NCBI GenBank assembly: GCA_965215765.1
Contig: OZ244118.1
Coordinates: forward strand, 1,773,309-1,837,308
Direction of reading: 5' to 3'
DNA from: an uncultured candidatus Porisulfidus sp.
GTDB taxonomy: Bacteria; Pseudomonadota; Gammaproteobacteria; Poriferisulfidales; Oxydemutatoraceae
DNA length: 64,000 nt
In this document: positions 22,871 through 33,030 of the stretch, piece after piece
Layout of the letters: each line of letters begins with the position of its first letter
Numbering within the stretch: position 1 is the stretch's first letter
The notes under the pieces: generated by a model
Told to the model about the DNA's origin: nothing
Databases searched by the model: none
What the model saw: only the letters and a program-made list of their open reading frames with translations
Made by a program: the position numbers and the translations under genes

Positions 22871-25800
22871 CTAACGAACCGCGCCACCGAGATATCCGCG
22901 CAACCGTAACCTCACACTGTCGGCTGGAGATGTACCTCCTGTCATAAATCCTTCTTCACGTGTGCCACCTGGCCCCACCGCATTTTGCGAAAATGTCACT
23001 ATCCGATATTGAGTCCCTGGCTTAAGGTCGGCAAAATCAAATATCACTGACGTTGAGGTCGTCTCCTTAACCGTACTGGCAATCTCTTTGCCACTGCCGT
23101 CAATAACCTTGACAACATAAGTCAAATTCAGGTCAATCCCATCAACTTGAGATCCATAGTCAGGATCCGTTGCCTTCCTGCCATACCCGTCGTTGTTGGA
23201 ACCTATGACCGTCACCTGTGCTGTGGTGGTTCCTATCCCTGTAGCAGTAACAGATGTTGGCGTACCCGGAACATCCAGAAGCGTAAATTCGGCAACAGAC
23301 GCAACCCCGTCACCTATGGCATTGACCGCCCGCACTGAATAGGCGATAGCCGCCCCTCCCTCATAGACGCCACGTATGCTGCGTAACACCGTGGGGGCAA
23401 CGTCATGCATAGTGGCGTTGGAGCTCAGCTGTATCGTTGAACCCGCCGTTGTATCACCGCTGACTGTCACCACATACGTCGTAATTGTGGATCCACCGTG
23501 ATGTGGTGCTGTCCAACTCAACACCAAGCTCTGCGTACTCTTCCAAACCGGATCCAAGAGTTCCGGCATTCCGGGCTCCACGGCATTCGTCTTAAATGCT
23601 CCCTCAAGTGAATCACTTGCCCCCACCGCATTTTGTACAAACGTCACTATCTGATATTGAGTCCCCGCCCTAAGACCATCCAATTCAATCGTCACGGATG
23701 CCTCGGTTGAGAGCATAGTCACACTCGAAACTATCTGATCGCCATTAAGAATGCTGACCTTATAGGCAAAGTTCAGATCAACCTTGTCAACAATAGAACC
23801 GTAGGTGGTAGTATCCGCTGCCTTTCTGCCATAACCATCGTTGTCGGGACCTATGACCGTCACCTGTACTGTGGTGGTTCCTATCCCTGTAGCAGTAACA
23901 GATGTTGGTGTACCCGGAACATCCAGAAGAACAAATGTACCGATGGACAGGCTCCCGTCACCTGCAGCATTGACTGCCTGCACCGAATAAGTGATTGTGT
24001 CCCCACCCTGAAAGCTCCTGCGTAAGGTCGTGGGACCAACGTCATGCATAGTGGAGTTGGAACCCAGCCGTGTCGTTGATTCCGCCGCCGTACTACTACC
24101 GACTGTCACCACATACGCCGTAGTTGCGGATCCACCATTAGGTGACGCTGTCCAACTCAACACCAAGCTCTGCGTACTCTTCCAAACCGGATCCAAGAGT
24201 TCCGGCATTCCGGGCTCCACGGCATTCGTCTTAAATGCTCCCTCAAGTGAATCACTTGCCCCCACCGCATTTTGTACAAACGTCACTATCTGATATTGAG
24301 TCCCTGGCTTAAGGTCGGCAAAATCAAATATCACTGACGTTGAGGTCGTCTCCTGATCCGTACTCGCAATCTCTTTGCCACTCCCGTCAAAAACCTTGAC
24401 AACATAAGTCAAATTCAGGTCAATCCCATCGACTTGAGACCCATAGTCAGGATCCGTTGCCTTCCTGCCATAACCATCGTTGTCGGAACCTATGACCGTC
24501 ACCCGCACGGTGTTGGCTCCTGACCCTGAAACTGTAACAGTTGTTGGCGCACTTGGAACATTCAGAATAGTAGATACGACAGTGCCCGCACTCCCGTTAC
24601 CAATATCATTGGTAGCCCGCACCGAATAAGTGATTGTGTCTCCACCTTGAAAATCCGCGTAGGCATCTACCCGGTGTTCGGCGGGAATAGAAGGAGCAAA
24701 CGTTGTTTCCGGGGCGATAATTTCTATATCATGAGGACCGATTTCGCCACCAAAAAAGTTGTATTTCGTAATTGCGGATCCACCATCGTATGGCTCATCC
24801 CAACTGAACACCTCCTTCAGCGTGGTCTCCCAGAACGAAACCACAATTGGTGCATCTGGTACGCCGACATTTGTCGTAAGTGGCTCCTCAAGCGCATTGC
24901 CTTCTCCCACCACGTTTCGTGCAGATACCACTGTCTGATATTGAGTCCCCGCCCTAAGGCCATCAAAGACAATCATCACTGACGTTAAGGTCGTCACCCG
25001 AACCATACTTGCAACCTCTTTGCCACTCCCGTCAAGAACCTTGACAACGTAGGCAAAATCCAGATCAACCTCACCGACTTTAGACCCATAGTCAGGATCC
25101 GCTAGCTCCCTGCCATAACCATCGTTGTCAGGACCACTGACCATCACTCGCACTTTTCTGGTCGCTGCTGAACCTGCCGTAACGTCTGAAGCTGTAACAA
25201 CTGTTGGCGCACCCGGAACATCCAAGAGAGTAAATGTCTCGTTCGCCGTACTCCCGGAACCGACCGCATTGAGTGCCCGCACCGTATAGGCGATTGTGTC
25301 CCCGCCCTGAAAGTCGCTGCGCAACGTCGTGGGAACAACGACATACATCGTAGTAGAACCCAGCTGTATCGGCGCAGTACCATTGACTGTCACCACATAC
25401 GTCGTAATCGTGGAACCACCATTATGTGGTGCTGTCCAACTCAACACCAGGCTCTGCGTACTCTTCCAAACCGGATCCAAGAGTTCCGGCATTCCGGGCT
25501 CCACGGCATTCGTCTTAAATGCCCCCTCAAGTGAATCACTTGCCCCCACCGCATTTTGTACAAACGTCACTATCTGATATTGAGTCCCCACCTTAAGACC
25601 ACCCAAGACGAGCGTCACAGATGTCGCGGTTGTGGCCTTGGTCATACTCGAAACCGAGTCACCATTAATAACATCCGTAACGTTGACAACATAAGCAAAA
25701 TTCAGTGCAACCTTGTCAACAATAGAACCGTAGGTGGTCGTATTCGTTGCCTTCCTGCCATAACCATCGTTGTCTGGTGCGTTGACCGTCACCTGCACTG

Positions 25801-28800
25801 TGGTGGTTCCTATCCCTGTAGCAGTAACAGATGTTGGCGTACCCGGAACATCCAAGAGAGTAAATGTCTCGTTCGCCGTACTCCCGTCACCTACAGCATT
25901 GACTGCCTGTACCGAATAGGCGATTGAGCCCCCACCCTGAAAGACGCTGCGTAAGGTCGATGGGTCAACTACAAGCATCGTGGAGCCAGAATCAAGCCGT
26001 GTCGTTGATTCCGCCTCCGTATCACCACCAACTGTCACCACATACGCCGTAATGGTGGAGCCACCATGATGGGGTGCTGACCAACTCAACACCAGGCTCT
26101 GCGTGGTTCCCCAGGACGAAGCTGTCATTGGTGCTTCTGGCACGCCGGCACTTGTTGTAAAAGATCTCATACGCACGCCACCTGACCCCAGCACATTTCG
26201 TACAAATGCCCTTACCGTATATTGAGTCCCCGCACTGAGACCATCAAAGTCAATCATCACTGACGTTGAGGCCGTCTTCCTGACCGTACTTGCAATCTCT
26301 ATACCACTACCATCAAGAACTTTGACAACGTAAGCAAAATTCAGGACAACCCCATCGACTTGGGTTCCATAATCAGGATCCGTTGGCCCCCTGCCATAAC
26401 CATCGTTGCCCGGACCGTTGACCGTCACCCGCACGGTGTTGGCTCCTGACCCTGAAACTGTAACAGTTGTTGGCGCACCCGGAACGTCCAGAAAAGCAAA
26501 TGCGGCAGTGGACTCACTCCCGGCACCAACATCATTGACTGCCTGCAGAAAAAAAGCCACTCCCTTGAGCCCGCCTTGAGAAGACCCTAAGCCAATAGGT
26601 TCATGAGCATCAAAAACAAACCGCGTTTGTGTGGCAGGCAGGGTTTGAAATCCGCCTGAACCCAAAGTACGCCTTCTGTATGACGTAATGGTGGATCCAC
26701 CATCGTATGGTGCTTCCCAACTGAACACCACCCTCAGCGTGTTCTCCCAGAACGGAGCGATAATTGGTGCTTCTGGCACGCCGGCACTTGTCGTAAATTC
26801 TCCCTCAAGCGTACCACCTGATCCCACCACGTTTCGTGCAGATGCCTTTACCGTATATTGAGTCCCCGCCTTAAGACCGTCCAAGACAATCATCACTGAC
26901 GTTGAGGTCGTCTCCTGAACCGTACTGGCAACCTCTATACCACTCCCGTCAAGAATCTTGACAACGTAGGCAAAATTCAGATCAACCCCATCAACTTGAG
27001 ATCCATAGTCAGAATCCGCTGCCTGCCTGCCATAACCATCGTTGTCGGGACCACTGACCGTCACTCGCACTTTTCTGGTCGCTGCTGAACCTGCCGTAAC
27101 GTCTGAAGCTGTAACAGATGTTGGCGTACCCGGCACATCCAGCAAAGTAAAACTCCCGAAAAACGGAGGACTCACTATCTCCGTCACTATCTGCGTATTC
27201 ACATTGCCGTCACCACTTGGAGGATTCACAACCCTCATCTCGCTACTGATGCGCACCGTATAAGAGACCGAGTCACCTCCCGCAAGATTCCCGCGCAGTT
27301 CCCGAGAAAGGTTGCCCAACTCAAAATTCGGTGAACGAGCCAAAAGAACCGTCGAACTTTCACCTACTTCCAATCCCAGCTCATAGTAGGTCGCGACACT
27401 CGCCGATCGCAGAACCAGGCTGTTTGTCGTACTCCACTCAAGCGACACGTCTGTTGGCGTAGCAGGTATCCGGGTCAGTGCTTTTAGTACTGGCAACGTA
27501 TGAGTACTGCCGAAATACCAAATATCAGAATCCCAGCCAGCGAAAGTTTCGGGTTCGCCTTCGGCACAGAAGCGCGAAGAAGCGGTGGGACACCGAAGTT
27601 GCGACAAAGTACGAGTTGAGCTTCCGGTAATCGTTCCTGAATTGTCACCAGCAAGTGTCGTAGGAATTTCCCCATTAACCGTGCCCGCCGCATAACTGCC
27701 TTCAATGGTTCCGCCTTGTTCCTCACTTTGAATGTTGGCTCCGGCTTGACCGTTGAGCCCAACAAAAATACTTAAGCCGGTCAACCCCGACGGGTTTCTT
27801 GGTGTCACGACGCTGTACGCATAGCTATTGCTGATGGTGCTTTGGTTTACACCCACAAGGCCCCCGACCGAGCCGTCTCCCCCAACCCTGACCCAAGCGT
27901 AGCTGTTCTCTACAAGAGCACCTTCCCGGACATGACCCACAAGGCCTCCAACCTCATAATCTCTCTCCGGGTCCCCAACAACCCCCGTCGCATAAGACTG
28001 CCTAATAACGCCACCACCCAAGAGATGACCCACAAGGCCACCCAACTCTCTTCCTTCAGCTTCGTCCGACCCTGTAACTACAATTCCAATTGCCTCGCTT
28101 CCCTGAACCATTCCACCTCCCACGAAGCCAGCCACGCCGCCTCCCTCACGTTCTGCTCCTATCGTGGAATCTGTCACACGCACGGTGGAGATACGACCAT
28201 CAGCCAGGTGACCCGCAACACCGCCAACGCCGAAGCTCCCTGTTATCGTGGAGGCCGTCACACGCGCAGCGGAGAGGGAGGCACTAATTCCGTGCAGGTC
28301 ACCTATAACGCCGCCTACCAGCTCGCCTCCTGTCACCACAGAGTTCGTCGCTGTGATTCTGGATATTGTGCTGTCTGCTGCACGACCCGCAACACCGCCC
28401 ACTCTGGTGTCTCCTGCCACCACAGAATCCGTCACTGTGATTCTGGATATTGTGCCATCTGTTGCACTACCTGCGAGAGTGCCCACTCTGGTGCTTCCTG
28501 TCACTACAGAACCCGTCACTGTGATTCTGGATATTGTGCTATCTGCTGCACGACCCACAACACCGCCAACATCTGCCTGCCCCGTTACCATGGAAGCTGT
28601 CACACGCGCGGGGAAGACACCGGATCTGTGCAGATCGCCTGTAATGCTGCCCACCAGTTCTGCTCCTGTCACTACAGAGTTCGTCACCGTGATGTTGGAT
28701 ATTGTGCTATCTAGTGCGCGACCTGCGAGAATGCCCACTCCGGTGCTTCCTGTCACTTTGGCTTCGAAAAAAATCAAATTCCTGATATCAGCAGCAGCAG

Positions 28801-29281
28801 ACAAGCGGGCAAACAAACCCACATCCTCTTCACCAAGACGGTAGATGAACAAGTTGGAAATTCGGTAACCCCTGCCATCAAAAGTCCCGGAAAAACCTGG
28901 ACTGCCGGTTCGTTGCCCGGTGACGCTGTAGGTGGCTCCTATAGGGGCAAAACCCTTACCATTGTTCCACCTGGGTGTCTGTGTCTCTCCTGCATCAATA
29001 TCAGTGCCCAGCCGGAAAGTCGGATTAGCGGGGACAAACGGCATCTCTAAAAATGCAGACAGGCTCTGTAACTGGCAAATATTGCTGATCTGATAGGTTC
29101 CAACTTCGCCTATTACTTGGGTGGGAAATTCCCCAAGCATGCACCCCACCCTGGCAGGTTGGGCGAAAAGTCCGGAACTCAGAGCCAGGCAAACCGCCAG
29201 CAGTACAAGCCTGCACCACGCTTCAGACGCACTCTGCACGTAGAAAGATTTGCTTTCAAAGTAACGATAACTTCTATTCAC
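22871..29281 (-). CDS. large secreted GLUG/ZmpB-like beta-helix + multiple fibronectin type III domain protein (adhesin A)
   Basis: Signal-like LVLLAVCLALSSGLFA|Q; WNNGKGFAPIG, FSGTFDGRGYRISNL, repeated VGGLVG; Fn3 patterns (LSWTAP..GGSTIT.Y, GL..GTQY). GAGG precedes GTG29281; the ORF track extends to 29404. Confidence 0.85.
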   Translation of the reverse strand: MNRSYRYFESKSFYVQSASEAWCRLVLLAVCLALSSGLFAQPARVGCMLGEFPTQVIGEVGTYQISNICQLQSLSAFLEMPFVPANPTFRLGTDIDAGETQTPRWNNGKGFAPIGATYSVTGQRTGSPGFSGTFDGRGYRISNLFIYRLGEEDVGLFARLSAAADIRNLIFFEAKVTGSTGVGILAGRALDSTISNITVTNSVVTGAELVGSITGDLHRSGVFPARVTASMVTGQADVGGVVGRAADSTISRITVTGSVVTGSTRVGTLAGSATDGTISRITVTDSVVAGDTRVGGVAGRAADSTISRITATNSVVTGGELVGGVIGDLHGISASLSAARVTASTITGSFGVGGVAGHLADGRISTVRVTDSTIGAEREGGGVAGFVGGGMVQGSEAIGIVVTGSDEAEGRELGGLVGHLLGGGVIRQSYATGVVGDPERDYEVGGLVGHVREGALVENSYAWVRVGGDGSVGGLVGVNQSTISNSYAYSVVTPRNPSGLTGLSIFVGLNGQAGANIQSEEQGGTIEGSYAAGTVNGEIPTTLAGDNSGTITGSSTRTLSQLRCPTASSRFCAEGEPETFAGWDSDIWYFGSTHTLPVLKALTRIPATPTDVSLEWSTTNSLVLRSASVATYYELGLEVGESSTVLLARSPNFELGNLSRELRGNLAGGDSVSYTVRISSEMRVVNPPSGDGNVNTQIVTEIVSPPFFGSFTLLDVPGTPTSVTASDVTAGSAATRKVRVTVSGPDNDGYGRQAADSDYGSQVDGVDLNFAYVVKILDGSGIEVASTVQETTSTSVMIVLDGLKAGTQYTVKASARNVVGSGGTLEGEFTTSAGVPEAPIIAPFWENTLRVVFSWEAPYDGGSTITSYRRRTLGSGGFQTLPATQTRFVFDAHEPIGLGSSQGGLKGVAFFLQAVNDVGAGSESTAAFAFLDVPGAPTTVTVSGSGANTVRVTVNGPGNDGYGRGPTDPDYGTQVDGVVLNFAYVVKVLDGSGIEIASTVRKTASTSVMIDFDGLSAGTQYTVRAFVRNVLGSGGVRMRSFTTSAGVPEAPMTASSWGTTQSLVLSWSAPHHGGSTITAYVVTVGGDTEAESTTRLDSGSTMLVVDPSTLRSVFQGGGSIAYSVQAVNAVGDGSTANETFTLLDVPGTPTSVTATGIGTTTVQVTVNAPDNDGYGRKATNTTTYGSIVDKVALNFAYVVNVTDVINGDSVSSMTKATTATSVTLVLGGLKVGTQYQIVTFVQNAVGASDSLEGAFKTNAVEPGMPELLDPVWKSTQSLVLSWTAPHNGGSTITTYVVTVNGTAPIQLGSTTMYVVVPTTLRSDFQGGDTIAYTVRALNAVGSGSTANETFTLLDVPGAPTVVTASDVTAGSAATRKVRVMVSGPDNDGYGRELADPDYGSKVGEVDLDFAYVVKVLDGSGKEVASMVRVTTLTSVMIVFDGLRAGTQYQTVVSARNVVGEGNALEEPLTTNVGVPDAPIVVSFWETTLKEVFSWDEPYDGGSAITKYNFFGGEIGPHDIEIIAPETTFAPSIPAEHRVDAYADFQGGDTITYSVRATNDIGNGSAGTVVSTILNVPSAPTTVTVSGSGANTVRVTVIGSDNDGYGRKATDPDYGSQVDGIDLNLTYVVKVFDGSGKEIASTDQETTSTSVIFDFADLKPGTQYQIVTFVQNAVGASDSLEGAFKTNAVEPGMPELLDPVWKSTQSLVLSWTASPNGGSATTAYVVTVGSSTAAESTTRLGSNSTMHDVGPTTLRRSFQGGDTITYSVQAVNAAGDGSLSIGTFVLLDVPGTPTSVTATGIGTTTVQVTVIGPDNDGYGRKAADTTTYGSIVDKVDLNFAYKVSILNGDQIVSSVTMLSTEASVTIELDGLRAGTQYQIVTFVQNAVGASDSLEGAFKTNAVEPGMPELLDPVWKSTQSLVLSWTAPHHGGSTITTYVVTVSGDTTAGSTIQLSSNATMHDVAPTVLRSIRGVYEGGAAIAYSVRAVNAIGDGVASVAEFTLLDVPGTPTSVTATGIGTTTAQVTVIGSNNDGYGRKATDPDYGSQVDGIDLNLTYVVKVIDGSGKEIASTVKETTSTSVIFDFADLKPGTQYRIVTFSQNAVGPGGTREEGFMTGGTSPADSVRLRLRGYLGGAVR

Positions 29282-29690
29282 CAGAGATTTCCTCGAGACA
29301 TGTGATAGCGTAGCAGAAAAAAGCGGCTTTACCAACTTTCGCGATTTTCGCACCTTATCATGGTTAAAAATAAATGCGTACTCACAAGAAGGGGTACCCC
29401 CCAATCAATTCTGTTGAGCCAGCACCCGAACAGTACCAAAGGTCAGGCCAAGACATCACCTTCTCATCAGGATGAATGCATAAGTACCCGTACACCGACC
29501 CCCCGGTTTTTTTCCTGACTTGGCAGCCCTGCCTGAAGCCTGCTTTTAGCCAGAAATTTTAAGCTAGCCTCTGTCGGCGGAGCTCCTTCCCCGTTGAAAG
29601 AAGCTGTAAAACCAAGTTCTGGGTGGTTCAAAACATGAGCTCCTACGTGCCTGAAAAAACCTTGCCCGAAACAAGACTGACCATAGACAA
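29282..29690. repeat. conserved ~400-bp intergenic module between adhesin genes (copy 1)
   Basis: Highly similar to 32649-33030 and 37930-38326. Its parts match 22705-22870, 40415-40626 and 40975-40994. Confidence 0.9.
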
Positions 29691-32648
29691 CTAACGAACC
29701 GCGCCACCGAGATATCCGCGCAAGCGCAATCTCACCCTGTCAGTTGTAGGCGTACCTCTTGTCATAAATTCTCTTTGATGCGTACCACCTGGCCCCAACG
29801 CATTTTGTACAAATGCCACTACCGTATATTGAGTCTCTGGCTCAAGACCACCCAAGACAAGCGTCATTGACGTCGATCGCGTCTCCATAACCGTGCTGGC
29901 AATTGCTTTGCCACTACTATCAGTAACGCTGACGACATAAGCAAATTTCAGGTCAACCCCTTCGGCTTCAGAGCCGTAGGCAGTATCCGTTGTCCTCCGG
30001 CCATAACCATCGTTGTCGGGGGCGTAGACCGTCACCCGCACCGTGGTGATCCCCGCCGTAACCTGAACCTGAGTAAAAGTTAACGTGCCCGGAAAAGCCA
30101 AGAGAGTAAATGTGCCGGTAGACAGGCTCCCAGTGCCCTTAGCATTTTCTGCCCGCACCGAATAAAAGATTTTGTCCCCACCCCGAGAGATGCTGCGTAT
30201 GCTGCTTAACATCGTGGAGTCAACGACAAACACCGTGGAGGCAGAATCCAGCCGTATCGTTAATTTCGCCACCGTATCACCACCGACTGTCACCACATAC
30301 GCCGTAATGGTGGATCCACCATGATGTGGCGCTGTCCAACTCAGCACCAGACGTTGTGTGGTCTCCCGAGTCGTAACTACAATTGGCGCTTCTGGCTCTC
30401 CGTCAAGAGTCTTAAAGTATTCAGAAAAAAGCTTGCCACCTGCTCCCACCGCGTTTTGCGCAAATGCCACTATCCGATACTGAGTCCCCGCCCTGAGACC
30501 ATCCAAGTCAATCGTCACGGATGCCGCGGTTGAAGACATGGTCACACCCGGAACCAAGTTGTCACTGTCATCAGTAGCACTGACAACATAAGCAAAATTC
30601 AGATCAACCTCACCGACTTTAGATCCATAGTCAGGATCCGTTGCCCCCCTGCCATAGCCATCGTTGGCAGGGGCACCAACTGTCACCCGCACGGTGGTGG
30701 CTCCCTCTGGAGTGCTCACCATGGTTGGCGTACCCGGTACATCCAGCAAAATAAAACTCCCGGTAGACGGAGGACTCACTATCTCCGTCACTATCTGCGT
30801 ATTCTCGTTGCCGTCACCACTTGGAGGATTCACAACTCTCGTCTCGCTACTGACGCGCACCGTATAAGAAACCGAGTCACCTCCCGCAAAGTTCCCGCGC
30901 AGTTCCCGAGAAAGATCGTTCAGCTCAAAATTTGGCGAACGAGCAAAAAGGACTGTCGAACTTTCACCTACCTCCAACCCCAGCTTATAGTAGGTCACAT
31001 CAGGGGTGCTCGCTGAGCGCAGAACCAGGCTGTTTGCCGAACTCCATTCAAGCGACACGTCTGTTGGCGTAGCAGGTATCCGTGTCAGTCCTTTTAGCAC
31101 TGGCAACGTGTGAGCACTGCCAAAATACCAAATATCAGGGTTCCAGCCAGCGAAGGTTAAGGATTCGGGTGTGGCTCCGACACAAGAACTCGAAGGAGAG
31201 ACGGGACACCGAAGTTGCGACAAAGTGCGAGTTGAACTTTCAGTAATCGTTCCTGCTTCTTCGTCTGTAACAGCATAGGAACCAGCAAGTCTCACAGGAG
31301 TTGCCCCATTAACCTTGCCCGCCACATAACTGCCTTCAATCGCGCCTGTTACGGAATTAAAGTCTGGACCGTTAGAACCAACAAGAGCACCCAAGTAGCT
31401 TGGCCCGCCTGCTGGTGTCACGACGCTATATGCGTATGTATTTCTGATAGTGCCCAGGTTAGCACCCACAAGGCCCCCAATCGGGCTATCTCCTGCAACC
31501 CCAACCCATGCGTAGCTGTTTTCTACAAGAGCACCTGGCTGGAGGTAGCCTACAAGGCCTCCAACCCCAAGTCCTGTTGCCAGTCTCCCAACAAGCCCCG
31601 TCGCATAAGACTGCCTAATAACGCCTTTACCCAAGAGACGACCCACAAGACCACCCAGTTGTCTTCCTTGAAACGGCTTTCCTCTTGATACAAATCCACC
31701 TTTAATTAAAATTCCGATTGCCGCACTTCCCTGAATTATTCCACCACTCATGATGCCAACCATGCCGCCTCCCTTGTTTGTTGCTGTTATCGTGGAAGCT
31801 GTCACACGCGCGGTGGAGATACGACCATCAAGTTGGCGACCCGCAACACCGCCAACAAAGGATTTCCCTGTTATCCTGGAAGCCGTCACACGTACGTCAG
31901 AAACATCGACTCCGTTCGAGTCACCTATAACGCCGCCCACTACCTGTGCACTTCCCGTCACTTCAGAATTCGTCACCGTGATGTTGGAAATTGTGCTATT
32001 ACCTTCTGCACGACCTGCGAGAATGCCCACTTCAGAGTCTCCTGCCACTACAGAATTCGTCACCGTGATGTTGGAAATTGTGCTACCTGCTGCTCGGCCT
32101 GTGAGAACACCCACCCTATTGCCTCCTGCCACATCAGCTTTGGAAAAAACCAGGTTCTTGACAACAGCACCATCCAGGCGAGCAAACAAACCTGCATCAT
32201 CTTCACTAGTGTGGTGGATGAGTATGTCGAAAATTTGGTGACCGTCACCATCCAAAACCCCGGAAAATGCACGACTATCGATTGGCTCCCTGATTCCAGG
32301 GTAAAAGATGACTCCAATAGGAAAAAAGCCTGAAAAACGGTCAAAAAAACCGCCGACCATGGTGGTTCTGGTCTCACTCGCGTCAATGTCGGTCACTAGC
32401 AGGTAGTTCGCTGTCAGGGTTGTGATGTTTTGCAACTGCCGAATATTGCAGATCTTATAGGGATCCATTTTAGTCCCGGCACCTGCATTGGGTTTCGAAC
32501 TACCGGAGTCGCACGGGGTATTGTCTTGCGCGAAAAGCCCGGTACTCAGGGTCAGGCAAACCGTCAGCAATACAAGCCTGCACCGCGCTTCAGACACACT
32601 CTGTACGTAGGAAGATGTGCTTTCAAAGTAACGATAACTTCTATTCAC
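29691..32648 (-). CDS. secreted GLUG/beta-helix + Fn3 domain protein (adhesin B)
   Basis: Same architecture: GAGTKMDPYKICNIRQLQ, FSGVLDGDGHQI, VGGLVG repeats, Fn3 domains, same C-terminus. GAGG precedes GTG32648. Confidence 0.85.
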   Translation of the reverse strand: MNRSYRYFESTSSYVQSVSEARCRLVLLTVCLTLSTGLFAQDNTPCDSGSSKPNAGAGTKMDPYKICNIRQLQNITTLTANYLLVTDIDASETRTTMVGGFFDRFSGFFPIGVIFYPGIREPIDSRAFSGVLDGDGHQIFDILIHHTSEDDAGLFARLDGAVVKNLVFSKADVAGGNRVGVLTGRAAGSTISNITVTNSVVAGDSEVGILAGRAEGNSTISNITVTNSEVTGSAQVVGGVIGDSNGVDVSDVRVTASRITGKSFVGGVAGRQLDGRISTARVTASTITATNKGGGMVGIMSGGIIQGSAAIGILIKGGFVSRGKPFQGRQLGGLVGRLLGKGVIRQSYATGLVGRLATGLGVGGLVGYLQPGALVENSYAWVGVAGDSPIGGLVGANLGTIRNTYAYSVVTPAGGPSYLGALVGSNGPDFNSVTGAIEGSYVAGKVNGATPVRLAGSYAVTDEEAGTITESSTRTLSQLRCPVSPSSSCVGATPESLTFAGWNPDIWYFGSAHTLPVLKGLTRIPATPTDVSLEWSSANSLVLRSASTPDVTYYKLGLEVGESSTVLFARSPNFELNDLSRELRGNFAGGDSVSYTVRVSSETRVVNPPSGDGNENTQIVTEIVSPPSTGSFILLDVPGTPTMVSTPEGATTVRVTVGAPANDGYGRGATDPDYGSKVGEVDLNFAYVVSATDDSDNLVPGVTMSSTAASVTIDLDGLRAGTQYRIVAFAQNAVGAGGKLFSEYFKTLDGEPEAPIVVTTRETTQRLVLSWTAPHHGGSTITAYVVTVGGDTVAKLTIRLDSASTVFVVDSTMLSSIRSISRGGDKIFYSVRAENAKGTGSLSTGTFTLLAFPGTLTFTQVQVTAGITTVRVTVYAPDNDGYGRRTTDTAYGSEAEGVDLKFAYVVSVTDSSGKAIASTVMETRSTSMTLVLGGLEPETQYTVVAFVQNALGPGGTHQREFMTRGTPTTDRVRLRLRGYLGGAVR

Positions 32649-33030
32649 CAGCGATTTCCTCGAGACCTCTGACAGCGCAACTGAAAAAAGCGGATTTTCG
32701 CGATTAAAAATAAACGCATACTCACAAGTAAAGGGTACATGCCCCAATCCATCCTGTTGAGTCAGCACCCGAATAGTACCAAGGGTCAGGCTAAGACATC
32801 ACCTTCTCATCAGGATGAATGCATAAGTACCTGTACACCGGCTCCCGGTTTTTTCCTGACTTGGCAGCCCAGCCTGAAGCCCGCTTTTAGCCAGAAATTT
32901 GGGTCAGCCGCTGTCGGCGGTGCTCCTCCCCTGTTGAAAGAAGCTGTGAAACCAAGTTCTGGGTGGTTCAAAACATGAGCTCCTACGTGCCTGAAAAAAC
33001 CTTGCCCGAAACAAGACTGACCATAGACAA
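32649..33030. repeat. conserved intergenic module between adhesin genes (copy 2)
   Basis: Direct sequence similarity to copies 1 and 3. Confidence 0.9.

Noticed and set aside
27842-28844. Long plus-strand Cys/His-rich ORFs within the adhesin genes (also 6478-7362 and 21162-21902)
   Set aside because: They are antisense shadows of repetitive or codon-biased real genes on the minus strand.
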